From Tubiluchus corallicola (taxonomy: Eukaryota > Animalia > Priapulida), in NCBI GenBank assembly GCA_030141605.1, contig JAQGDQ010002369.1:124001-188000 (forward strand): a stretch of DNA of 64,000 nucleotides, in the 5' to 3' direction. This document shows positions 29,730 to 38,540 of this stretch, in pieces. The position numbers were made by a program, and so were the translations under genes. The notes under the pieces were generated by a model. It did no database searches and was not told the DNA's origin. It saw nothing but the letters and a program-made list of their open reading frames with translations. Numbering within the stretch: position 1 is the first letter of the stretch; each line of letters begins with the position of its first letter.

Positions 29730-30848
29730 TTAAAAATCAAATCTCGCGCTAACAGTAAGCCCTTGTAAATAAAGACTTCCATTATCTTCAATGACGTTCG
29801 AAACTATTGTATCTTTCAAGCTTCTCATCATATTTTGGTCCCAAAACAGATGAAACTCATAAGCTGCCGATAAATCCAGATGGCCGTTCAAGCGATCAAG
29901 AAAAGTGCCCCAGCCAAACCCGACAGCGCATTCCATATTGGGACGAATTTGATTCAGTTTGTTTGTCACATTGATGAGCGGATTCAGAGGATCTAGATTT
30001 GTCAAGTCTGTTTGTCTTAACCGAACATAATAATCAGTAAATAGAATGCTTGTAGCGATATTTCCAAACAGGCGGAAGTCCTTGGAAAGCATCCATGCAG
30101 TATCCATTCCAACTCTCGGACCCAGAGCCCATGATGTAGATTTGCTTCGGGAGATCGCAGGAAAGCTTGCACCCGTAGTGAAGTCTGTAAACATGAGGTA
30201 GTCAGCCCCATATCCCTGTCTGATCCAAGCGGCTCTAATCCCTGTATGAGGTTTAAGAATAAACTTTGTTCCCACATAGCATGCTCTAGCAAACGAAAAA
30301 TCGAGGATGTCTAGACGCAGGCGCCAGCGAGCATCAGCTTTTGATGAAGCATTATTCGTAGCGGCAATGATATTGGGACGGTTGTTATCATAATTGAACC
30401 AGAATGGATATAGTACTCCTGCTGTTGGAGCAAAAGTACGATCTGATAGAAGAACACGAAGATTTGTGTATTCTGCTTCAAGAGTCCAGTTGTCGAAATT
30501 TGTATTCCACCCAAATGCAAGACGAAACCCTGGTTTGTAGTCAAAATCCATTCGGATGAAATTACCACCGATATTGGGTCTGATCGCTTGGCCATTCGGT
30601 TGCGACAATGCGTATTCCAAGCCATCTTCTTTCGCTTGCCACCAAAGGAACTCTCCAGTGAAATAGATATCCCAGTCACCTTTAATATCTATCCGACCTG
30701 GTGCATTATAGATTCCCATCATTTCGTGCTGTTTTGTAGAAAAACCCTGATTATGCGGTGGTGCTCGGTCAATTTGTGCAAAAGCGCAAGTCGAAGTGAA
30801 AAACAAGGTTGTGGAAGCTAGCAAAGCTTTTAAATACTTATGCGCCAT
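29730..30848 (-). CDS. MOMP-like / Lpg1974-family outer membrane porin
   Basis: EFLWWQAKEDGLEYA, FDYKPGFRL, C-terminal LYLQGLTVSARFDF. Confidence 0.85.
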   Translation of the reverse strand: MAHKYLKALLASTTLFFTSTCAFAQIDRAPPHNQGFSTKQHEMMGIYNAPGRIDIKGDWDIYFTGEFLWWQAKEDGLEYALSQPNGQAIRPNIGGNFIRMDFDYKPGFRLAFGWNTNFDNWTLEAEYTNLRVLLSDRTFAPTAGVLYPFWFNYDNNRPNIIAATNNASSKADARWRLRLDILDFSFARACYVGTKFILKPHTGIRAAWIRQGYGADYLMFTDFTTGASFPAISRSKSTSWALGPRVGMDTAWMLSKDFRLFGNIATSILFTDYYVRLRQTDLTNLDPLNPLINVTNKLNQIRPNMECAVGFGWGTFLDRLNGHLDLSAAYEFHLFWDQNMMRSLKDTIVSNVIEDNGSLYLQGLTVSARFDF

Positions 30849-30975
30849 GTTTCGTCTCCAAGAGTCGTTGATTCGGTTTCAATCTAATTAAAAATTGGTT
30901 AATCATTCAAGAAATTCCGTGAAATATTTTTCAGAAAGCTTCAGAATGCCATTTTTTTAACTTTCCGAGGTGGTT

Positions 30976-31569
30976 ATGGCCAAGCTCTATTTCAGACATG
31001 GAACTGTTGGAAGCGCAAAAACATTGAACTTGCTAGCTGTTGCGCATAACTACAGACAGCAGGGTAAAGAAGTGGTTTTGATCAAACCTGACATCGATGT
31101 CCGGTTTGGGAAAGAACAAATAAAATCAAGAGCTGGATTAGAAATGAGTGCTGATATCCTTGTTGGTCCTGAAACTGTTTTAGATATTGAATCTTTTGCA
31201 GGGATAGATTGTGTGCTTGTCGATGAGGTTCAGTTTTTAAGTGAATATTTAATCGAACAACTCAGAAGAATCACTTTGGAGTTGAGTATTCCTGTCATTT
31301 GCTATGGCCTCAGAACAGATTTTAAGAGCAATTTGTTCGAGGGGTCCAAAAGACTGTTGGAATTGGCTGATTCTATCGAAGAGATAAAAGCAACCTGTCA
31401 TTACTGCAACAGAAAATCGATCATGAATTTGAAACACGTGAATGGAATCGCAGTTGATGAAGGTCCAAGTGTTGAGCTGGGTGCAGAAGAGAAATACTTT
31501 CCCTCATGCTACAAATGTTACGTAGCTGAATTGAAAAGGGCAGCCCAGAAAGTTCCCACATGTGTCTGA
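30976..31569 (+). CDS. tdk: thymidine kinase
   Basis: MAKLYF..G...SAKT P-loop, LVDEVQFL, YGLRTDF, Zn-binding CHYC/CYKC. Confidence 0.93.
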   Translation: MAKLYFRHGTVGSAKTLNLLAVAHNYRQQGKEVVLIKPDIDVRFGKEQIKSRAGLEMSADILVGPETVLDIESFAGIDCVLVDEVQFLSEYLIEQLRRITLELSIPVICYGLRTDFKSNLFEGSKRLLELADSIEEIKATCHYCNRKSIMNLKHVNGIAVDEGPSVELGAEEKYFPSCYKCYVAELKRAAQKVPTCV

Positions 31570-31648
31570 CGGCATATTTCGACACGAAATTCTTTTAAAA
31601 ATAAATATTTTACAGTGTATTTTCTTTCCCTCCAACATAAAGGAGGGA

Positions 31649-31969
31649 ATGATGAGCACATCCTTAGAAGTACAAAAGTCCGTTTATTTGAATCACAGAT
31701 ATGAAATCGTTTTCAGTGGAGTCCCATCGAAAATGGGGACTGAGAATATTCAAGCTTGTACAAATGATGCGATTCGCCATCTTCAAGCTTTTGAAGAATA
31801 TCAAAGGGCCTGTGCCAACTCTTTAGATTCGGAGTCAATTCAAGAGCTACGAAATATCGAACTTCAAGCTAGAGAAGATCTATTTTTCAATCTGAATGAA
31901 AAGGGTATTAGAATTGTTAAACTAAGAAATGTATCTGAGAATCAATCCACGGCATCCGAAGGAGCCTAA
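31649..31969 (+). CDS. hypothetical protein
   Basis: AGGAGG SD at 31641-46 before ATG-ATG; no recognised motif. Confidence 0.5.
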   Translation: MMSTSLEVQKSVYLNHRYEIVFSGVPSKMGTENIQACTNDAIRHLQAFEEYQRACANSLDSESIQELRNIELQAREDLFFNLNEKGIRIVKLRNVSENQSTASEGA

Positions 31970-32027
31970 GAGACTGCTTTCAATCAGCTGTCTATCGAAT
32001 TACAGTCTCTAAATCTTCGAACAGAAT

Positions 32028-33034
32028 TTAATAGTCGATTCCGCCTCTGACGAAAATGCCCATCAAACTGAGAGCTCCACCTCGAATGTGATCAAAAAAA
32101 GCGGCTGGTGATCTTCGAATTTGTTCATCGACATTCCACCAGTAGGCTATTTCTCCACCAATAGCAAGATTGATTCTTGCATCATTCGAATCAGATGAGT
32201 TCCATCCGAATGCTAGAGACATATCCACCATTGGATTGATTTTATGTGCTCTTTCATCAAGATTGGCATCATTAGAAGTTGGCGGATTAGCAAACACAGC
32301 ATGTAGTCTTACTTTTGTGCGTGTGTAGACGACAGCACAAGATGCGCTTCCTAAGATATACAGACCGTCAAAATAGTTCCATTTTCCTTCGGCACCAATC
32401 GTTGGACCTCCACCCACCAAATCCCAGTTATTTCGAACAGATCCTAATGGAACATGAGGAGGGGCATTGTCGTGTAATTGATACAAGTTCTTCCATCGCT
32501 GCTTCATCCAGGGGATTCTTGCACCAAACGTATAACGAAAAACTCTCTTGGCTGCACTACTCGTGCAAGGACAAGATCGAATACATGATAATGAACTGTT
32601 AAAAAGCTTCTTGCAGAATCCAGCGCACCAACGCCAGGAGTGAGTGTGTCCAAAATATCGGGACCGTCTATAGATCCGGTTCCCTTCAAGCGGATGAATG
32701 TATATTTAGCGATCAAATCCCAAGGCGTGCTGAATCTGTATTCCCCCTGGAGGCGAAAGCCTGGACGCCAATCTGGATCGATAAAGAAGATGTCATTAAG
32801 TAGAGTGCCAGTCGCTGTGAATTCTTGACGGACGGCATAGTCCTTTTCACCAAGATTCCAGTACCAATAAAGAAAATCTCCATTGATAGAAAAGCCGACT
32901 TCATCAGATCTTTTGTAAACAGGATACGGGTCGCAAAAACCCTGCGATGTTCCGATCAGTAGTAAGCTTGTGATCCATATAAAATTTTTCATCAAAGCTT
33001 TTCGCATCAAATTCCTCACTATTGACTCCCTCAT
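32028..33034 (-). pseudogene. MOMP-like porin, frameshifted
   Basis: 32504-33034 (DFLYW, WRPGFRL) continues after a shift near 32525-32530 as FGARIPWMKQRW into 32028-32507, which ends LSLMGIFVRGGIDY. Confidence 0.75.
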
Positions 33035-33037
33035 ACC

Positions 33038-33840
33038 CTAGAATACAATCGTCACTCTTAAAGTTAATCCATGAAGCCCTAGATCTCCAGGTGTCATATC
33101 ATCGAATCCAGAAGCAGAATTCATCCTATCTATATCATTGATGTTCCACCATTGAATAAATTCATATCTGGCTCCAATATGGATGCCCCATAGATCTTCT
33201 CGATGATTCATTACTCCTTCACGAAAATAACTTCCCCAGCCAATCCCAACAGATGACTCGAGTACAGGAAATACTTTTGTTCTGCTATATCGAAGGTTTG
33301 CATTAAATATACTTAACTGATTCAAAGCTGTTGCAACGAATCTGGTCTCCTGATCGGCCAATAGCCCACTTAGAGCTGCTGTACCGAATATTGTAAATCC
33401 GTAACCGAGTTCAAGGTTCCCGTCAAATCCAAAACGAAGACCACCGCCGCGAACTTTCCATTTATTCTGTACAAAAGTTACGCTTAGTTGGCCTGGTAGA
33501 GGAGAGTAGTCTGTTTTCCAGTTTTGTGTGATCCAGGCTCCGCGGACGCCTATGAAGGCTAATAGTTCTAATCGGTTTCCGGAAAAGACATGTCGTACTG
33601 CTTCGATGTCAAGTATGTCGTAATAAAATTTGCTGTGGCTTGTTGCGCTAATGATTGCAGATACATTTCCGTGTACAAATGCTGCAAATAATTCGGGAGG
33701 CCCAAAAGTCGACGATATCATGTCTGTCTGATTTGCTCGAAGGTTTGTGTATCGAGCGACAAGATCCCAGTTATTTCCAAATAGATAACCTAGGCCTACT
33801 TGAAATCCTGGTTCGTAATCATAACGAACGTCGTATATAT
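33038..33840 (-). pseudogene. MOMP-like porin, 5'-truncated
   Basis: Frame upstream of 33721 reads IYDVRYDYEPGFQVGLGY...WDLVARYT; no signal peptide or start; ends LGLHGLTLRVTIVF. Confidence 0.75.
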
Positions 33841-34590
33841 TTGGGCTCCAACTTTAGGGCCGGCTCCTGCAATGTCCCACTCGTTAGTGGCTCTTGTGTG
33901 GAAAAAGTTAGCACCGAAAAATTCAGCTTCCCAGCGTTGTTGGATCCATCCGCCTTTTAAACCAAAAAGAAATCGGAGGCTAAGCGTTCTTCCGATGAAA
34001 ATCCTTCTTCCAATATCTAAGTCGCCATGCATATATACAAGGCGGACATTACTTTTAGCTTCTTGAAAAGTTAAGCCTGCAACTTGATCAAAGGATGAGA
34101 TTAGAACTTCATTAGTCCCAGCTGCTGCCGCATCGCTGCCATTGGGATGAATATATAAATAATACAGGTCGAAATCCCAAGCGCTTTTTCCGTTATAGCC
34201 AAATCCTACTTTAAAACCAGGATACCAGTCGTATTTGACAAAGCTTTTGTCAGTGTAAGTTGTCGCGTTTGCTCGTACTGCATAATCCAGATCAAGTCCG
34301 AATGGAAGCCAGTAAATGAAGTCACCATAGAGTTTGAATCCGTAATCTCCGACACAGGGAGTAACATAGTAATATGTAGTGTCTTCTTCTTCTCTCACAC
34401 CGCAAGAATCCCGATAATATTTGGGAGATGAAGTCTTTCTTTCCCAAGGATCTTCGTTCTCTGGCATTGGCCTGGATTGCTGCATGACCACTTCGTCGCT
34501 TTCGTTACTATCTTGAGCTTCTGCTTGTGAAAAAGATATGGCAAGAGTGCCCAGAAGAGGAATAAGCATTTTTGAAAAACCTACTCGCAT
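33796..34590 (-). pseudogene. MOMP-like porin, 3'-truncated
   Basis: Signal peptide, DFIYW, YDWYPGFKVG; homology stops at GAGPKVGAQ (~33845) and the C-terminal beta-signal is missing. Confidence 0.75.
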
Positions 34591-34641
34591 TAGTTGTGCT
34601 CCCTGCAGTTAAGGCGAAGTTCAATAGTGGAAAATGTTTGA

Positions 34642-35109
34642 TTAAAAGAAAAGTTTTTTGTGATTTATTTTTAGAAATTCGCGTCTGAAATGGTATTCGT
34701 CTAGGAGAGTATCAGTGTTCCTTCCGAGAATATGAAAAGCGATGAACAGAGCTTCAATCGATGCCAGACCTTGATTGGGATCTGTGCAATCTTCCTGTTT
34801 TCTTGGGTACGCAGTTTTATATCCTTCAGGAATCGAGCGATATTCGCAGTGTTGCTTTTGTTGGATGAACTGAAGCATCACATCAGAATATCTCCACGTT
34901 GCATCGACCAAAAGAAGGCCTTTGTTCTTGTCTTCTTTGGTTAAAGGTGGAGCGTTGAGTTTGAGAATGATGTATTTCGAAAGAGAGGGGAGAATATCTT
35001 TTGGGTAAATTAGAAAATCAAGGTCGTCCCTTTTTCGGATTGGTTGCAATGTGCATTTTTTTTTATTTTCTTTTCGATGTTGAAAAATCAATGTATGGGG
35101 AAAAGACAT
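34642..35109 (-). CDS. Tsr3/DTW-like (aminocarboxypropyltransferase-like) protein
   Basis: KENKKKCTLQP, LVDATWRY, TAYPR, LASIEAL motifs; ATG at 35109 preferred. Confidence 0.7.
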   Translation of the reverse strand: MSFPHTLIFQHRKENKKKCTLQPIRKRDDLDFLIYPKDILPSLSKYIILKLNAPPLTKEDKNKGLLLVDATWRYSDVMLQFIQQKQHCEYRSIPEGYKTAYPRKQEDCTDPNQGLASIEALFIAFHILGRNTDTLLDEYHFRREFLKINHKKLFF

Positions 35110-35167
35110 CTTTGCAAAAGGGGAATGTTTGCTATATAAGAGAATAGAACAATATATGAGATGCAGC

Positions 35168-36151
35168 ATGATCTTGCAAGCCAAAGGAAAAATTTGCCTT
35201 ATTCTGATGGTTTTGGCTTCCTCTCTTTTTACACAAAATATTCATTGGGAGTCGGAGTACTCGAAAGCTGTTAAGGTTTCGAAACGGGAAAAGAAACCTC
35301 TTCTGATGTTTTTTACAGGAACCGATTGGTGTCCCTGGTGCATGAAAATGTCGAACGAAGTTTTCGAAAATCCTGAATTCATCGAGAAAGCGGGTTCTCT
35401 TTTTGTGTTTTTTAAAGTTGAATTTCCTATCCATTGGGATAAGGAAGAAATGATTGAAAAAAACCAGAACCTGAAAACAACTTATAATGTGGACGGATTT
35501 CCAACGATCGTGCTTATAGATCCTAGGCAAGGACTGATCTCTAAATTGGGATATTTGCCTATTGGTGGAGAGAAGTATGCAGAGCATCTTGAGGTCATCG
35601 TCTCCAAGTATTATGCGATTTTAGACAGCCTCAAACATATGAAACAATATCCTGAGCTTGAAAAGCTTTACCTGCGAGCAAAAAACCTTGGTTCAGAAGA
35701 ACTCGCAGAGCAAATCTTTACTAAGGGAGTCAATGAAGATCCAGGGCCTTTCTTTTTACTGGAACAGTACACCCAGAAAGTGGAAGAAGGGATGGTTGAA
35801 GAAGAAGAAACAAAAGCTCTCCGTATGGAGATCCAGTCTCGTGATCCCAAAAACATTTGGGGATCTCACTTTCGTTTGGCCATGTTGGATTTTCAGACAT
35901 TTGCAGAGAAGAGTGATGATCCTGAAAAAGCGGTTCGTCCTCTTTTGGACTACATTGATCGTTTCGGCAGAGGCGACCGGGATAATCTCTGGCGTCTGCA
36001 GATGATGATTTCCCAGTTTCTTTTCAGCAAGGGATTGGCAAAAGATGCTCTTTATCATGCAAGAGCTTCGTATAAAGCTGCTCCCGAGATTGCGCGAAAA
36101 GAAATTGCTGAATCGATTGTCTATCTTAAATCCCAAGTGGCCGAAGAGTAA
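35168..36151 (+). CDS. exported thioredoxin-family protein with helical C-terminal domain (CT783-like position)
   Basis: Signal peptide, FTGTDWCPWC, GFPT cis-Pro loop. Confidence 0.8.
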   Translation: MILQAKGKICLILMVLASSLFTQNIHWESEYSKAVKVSKREKKPLLMFFTGTDWCPWCMKMSNEVFENPEFIEKAGSLFVFFKVEFPIHWDKEEMIEKNQNLKTTYNVDGFPTIVLIDPRQGLISKLGYLPIGGEKYAEHLEVIVSKYYAILDSLKHMKQYPELEKLYLRAKNLGSEELAEQIFTKGVNEDPGPFFLLEQYTQKVEEGMVEEEETKALRMEIQSRDPKNIWGSHFRLAMLDFQTFAEKSDDPEKAVRPLLDYIDRFGRGDRDNLWRLQMMISQFLFSKGLAKDALYHARASYKAAPEIARKEIAESIVYLKSQVAEE

Positions 36152-36172
36152 ATTTAATTTGGGATTGGATCA

Positions 36173-37168
36173 TCAATTGGTGTCGCATCGAAGAATGCTA
36201 TTTTCACAAGATTCTCCTTTTTCCATTTGAGAGAAATTTTTCAACGTAGTCTCTGCGATCACTGTCAGTGCTTCCCGAGTAAAGAATCCCTGATGGGAAG
36301 TAATGAGTACATTGGGAAAGGTCAGAAGCCTTGCAAAAACATCATCTTGAATGACCTCGTGAGACAGGTTGTGGAAGAACAGGAGTGATTCTTCTTCGTA
36401 GACATCTAACCCTAGTGATCCAATCTGTCCTGATTTAATCCCTTCAATGACTGCTTGAGTTTCAATTAGAGCGCCTCTTCCGGTATTGACTACCATTATG
36501 CCTTTTTTCATCTGCGGGATGGTCTTTTCATTGATAAGGTGATGGGTCTCAGGAGTTAGGGGACAATGAAGCGTGATGATGTCTGCCTTTTGAAAGATAG
36601 TAGGCAAATCGACGTAGTGTTCTTTCAGATCAGGGTGGTGTGCTACATCGTAGGCGAGAATTTCACAACCGAAACCTTTGAGGATTTGAATCAGAACTCT
36701 TCCTATGGCTCCCGTGCCGATCACTCCCACTTTTTTTCCATGCATGTCGAATCCCAAGAAACCTTCAATGGAAAAGTTACCTTCTCTTACGTGGTTATAT
36801 GCACGATGGATATTTCGATTGAGGCACAGCATCATGGCAGCTGTATGCTCGGCAACAGCATAGGGAGAATATTTGGGGACATTCGTGATCTGAATCTTCA
36901 GATCGCAGGCAGTATCTATGTCCACATTGTTATATCCTGTACATCGTAGTCCTATGGAGGAGATCCCTTCACTTTTAAGATTCTCTAGAGTCTCTTTTTT
37001 AAGATCATCATTGACAAAGGCACAAACACCCTGGAATCCCTTCGCCATGATTGCCGTTTCCGGACATAGAATATCCTCATGAAAGGTCAATTGATGTTTG
37101 TAAGCTTCATTTGCCTTTTTAAAAGACTCTTCATCGTAGGGCTTGCTGCTGAATAGACAGATTCTCAT
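36173..37168 (-). CDS. ldhA: D-lactate dehydrogenase (D-2-hydroxyacid dehydrogenase)
   Basis: FSSKPYD, YSPYAVAEH, GVIGTGAIG, LDVYEEE, NVLITSHQGFFT. Confidence 0.88.
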   Translation of the reverse strand: MRICLFSSKPYDEESFKKANEAYKHQLTFHEDILCPETAIMAKGFQGVCAFVNDDLKKETLENLKSEGISSIGLRCTGYNNVDIDTACDLKIQITNVPKYSPYAVAEHTAAMMLCLNRNIHRAYNHVREGNFSIEGFLGFDMHGKKVGVIGTGAIGRVLIQILKGFGCEILAYDVAHHPDLKEHYVDLPTIFQKADIITLHCPLTPETHHLINEKTIPQMKKGIMVVNTGRGALIETQAVIEGIKSGQIGSLGLDVYEEESLLFFHNLSHEVIQDDVFARLLTFPNVLITSHQGFFTREALTVIAETTLKNFSQMEKGESCENSILRCDTN

Positions 37169-37221
37169 TTTTTCCCCTTATTCGGGGGTATAGATCAACA
37201 GGGAATAAAACAGAAGTGTGT

Positions 37222-37301
37222 TTATACCGAAACAACTTACGATCGTTAAATCGCGTGCTTTGGCGCAGCAGAAAAAGATTCTTGAAGTTGTTTCGGTATA
37301 A
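37222..37301. mobile_element. ERIC-like MITE with TA-flanked 17-bp terminal inverted repeats
   Basis: TTATACCGAAACAACTT (37222-38) and its exact reverse complement AAGTTGTTTCGGTATAA (37285-301). Confidence 0.65.
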
Positions 37302-37306
37302 GGCTG

Positions 37307-38434
37307 TTAATGGTTCGATAAGGGCTTCAGATGAATGATAGTCTTTGAGAATCTTTTCCAGGCTTTCCATTCATTTTTGAAATCTCTTCGTAGGATTTTG
37401 ATCTTTTGTTTCAGTTTCAGAAGCTGGGGATCGTTCTTCTTGCAGTTCTTGTGCTCGCGAAGCAATTGATAAATCTCAGAAAGGTGCTTGGTAAGATCGT
37501 CTGAAATCTTTTCGATTTTTTCCTCTAGATTCTTCTTGTTCAAGAACCAGCATTGGGCGATTTTTTCTTTCAGCTCGTTCTTCCTTTCACTCACCATCCG
37601 CTCTCTGATGCGGATAAAGCTGGTCTTCTTTAAGCCATAGGTCATTTTGAATTTGGAGAGGACCCAGATGATCCATTTGGAAGGGTCAAAGTGATACCAC
37701 TTTGTTCCGTTTCTGTAGTCATTTGCAAAAGTATGGTGAAAGTTGTGGTATCCCTCGCCAAAGGTCACCAGGGAGATCAGGTAATTATCTACTGCGGAAT
37801 GCTCCTGGCTGAAAGACTGGGATCCCCAGGTATGGGCCAAGGAATTAATGAACCATGTGAAATGATGAAGGAAAAAGAGGCGGACCCACCAGCAAAGGAT
37901 GAAGGCAGCCAGGTAATCATTAAACACATAACCGACAAAGAGAAAAGCAAGTGAATTGGTCAGGAACATCAGAGGGACATAAAACCGGTGCTGGAAGACT
38001 AGTAGTTTATTTCTATAAAGGTCTGATACCACTTTTTTGTCCATTGGATCAGGTTTCCGGAACATCCAAAAGAGGTGTGCATGCATGAACCCCTTTTTTA
38101 TGCTGTAAGGGTCGCGGTCTGTATCGACATAGGCATGATGAAGGCGGTGGTCGTGCGCCCATTTCAGAGCACTGCCCTGAGTAGACATGGTGCCGAAGAA
38201 TAAAAAAATGACCTCAAGGAGTTTATTGGTCTTGAAGGTCTTATGGGAGTAGTACCGGTGATAGCCCGTTGTAATGCTGAGACCTGTCATATAGAGGAGA
38301 ACAACCATAGAGATATAAATGGGCCAGGAAGGAGAAAAATACATGAAAAAAAACGGAAGTCCGATCAGAAGAGCGATGTGGTATCCTATAATAAAGATAC
38401 AGTTACCCCATTCAATGTTCGATTTTTGTCTCAT
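37307..38434 (-). CDS. acyl-CoA (delta-9) fatty acid desaturase
   Basis: Three His boxes HRYYSH, HRLHH and GEGYHNFHH; DYRNG..WYHFDPSKW. Confidence 0.92.
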   Translation of the reverse strand: MRQKSNIEWGNCIFIIGYHIALLIGLPFFFMYFSPSWPIYISMVVLLYMTGLSITTGYHRYYSHKTFKTNKLLEVIFLFFGTMSTQGSALKWAHDHRLHHAYVDTDRDPYSIKKGFMHAHLFWMFRKPDPMDKKVVSDLYRNKLLVFQHRFYVPLMFLTNSLAFLFVGYVFNDYLAAFILCWWVRLFFLHHFTWFINSLAHTWGSQSFSQEHSAVDNYLISLVTFGEGYHNFHHTFANDYRNGTKWYHFDPSKWIIWVLSKFKMTYGLKKTSFIRIRERMVSERKNELKEKIAQCWFLNKKNLEEKIEKISDDLTKHLSEIYQLLREHKNCKKNDPQLLKLKQKIKILRRDFKNEWKAWKRFSKTIIHLKPLSNH

Positions 38435-38540
38435 ACTGATTCTCTAGGTTATTTTGTCCGGAAGCCTACATCAATGCTTGATTTATACCAATTCAACATT
38501 GTTTTTCGATTTTCTTCAAAAAAAATCTAGGAGCTGTCTA

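Noticed and set aside
37131-37370. 79-aa ORF between the desaturase and ldhA
   Set aside because: Overlaps both genes and spans the palindromic element; no protein-like motif.
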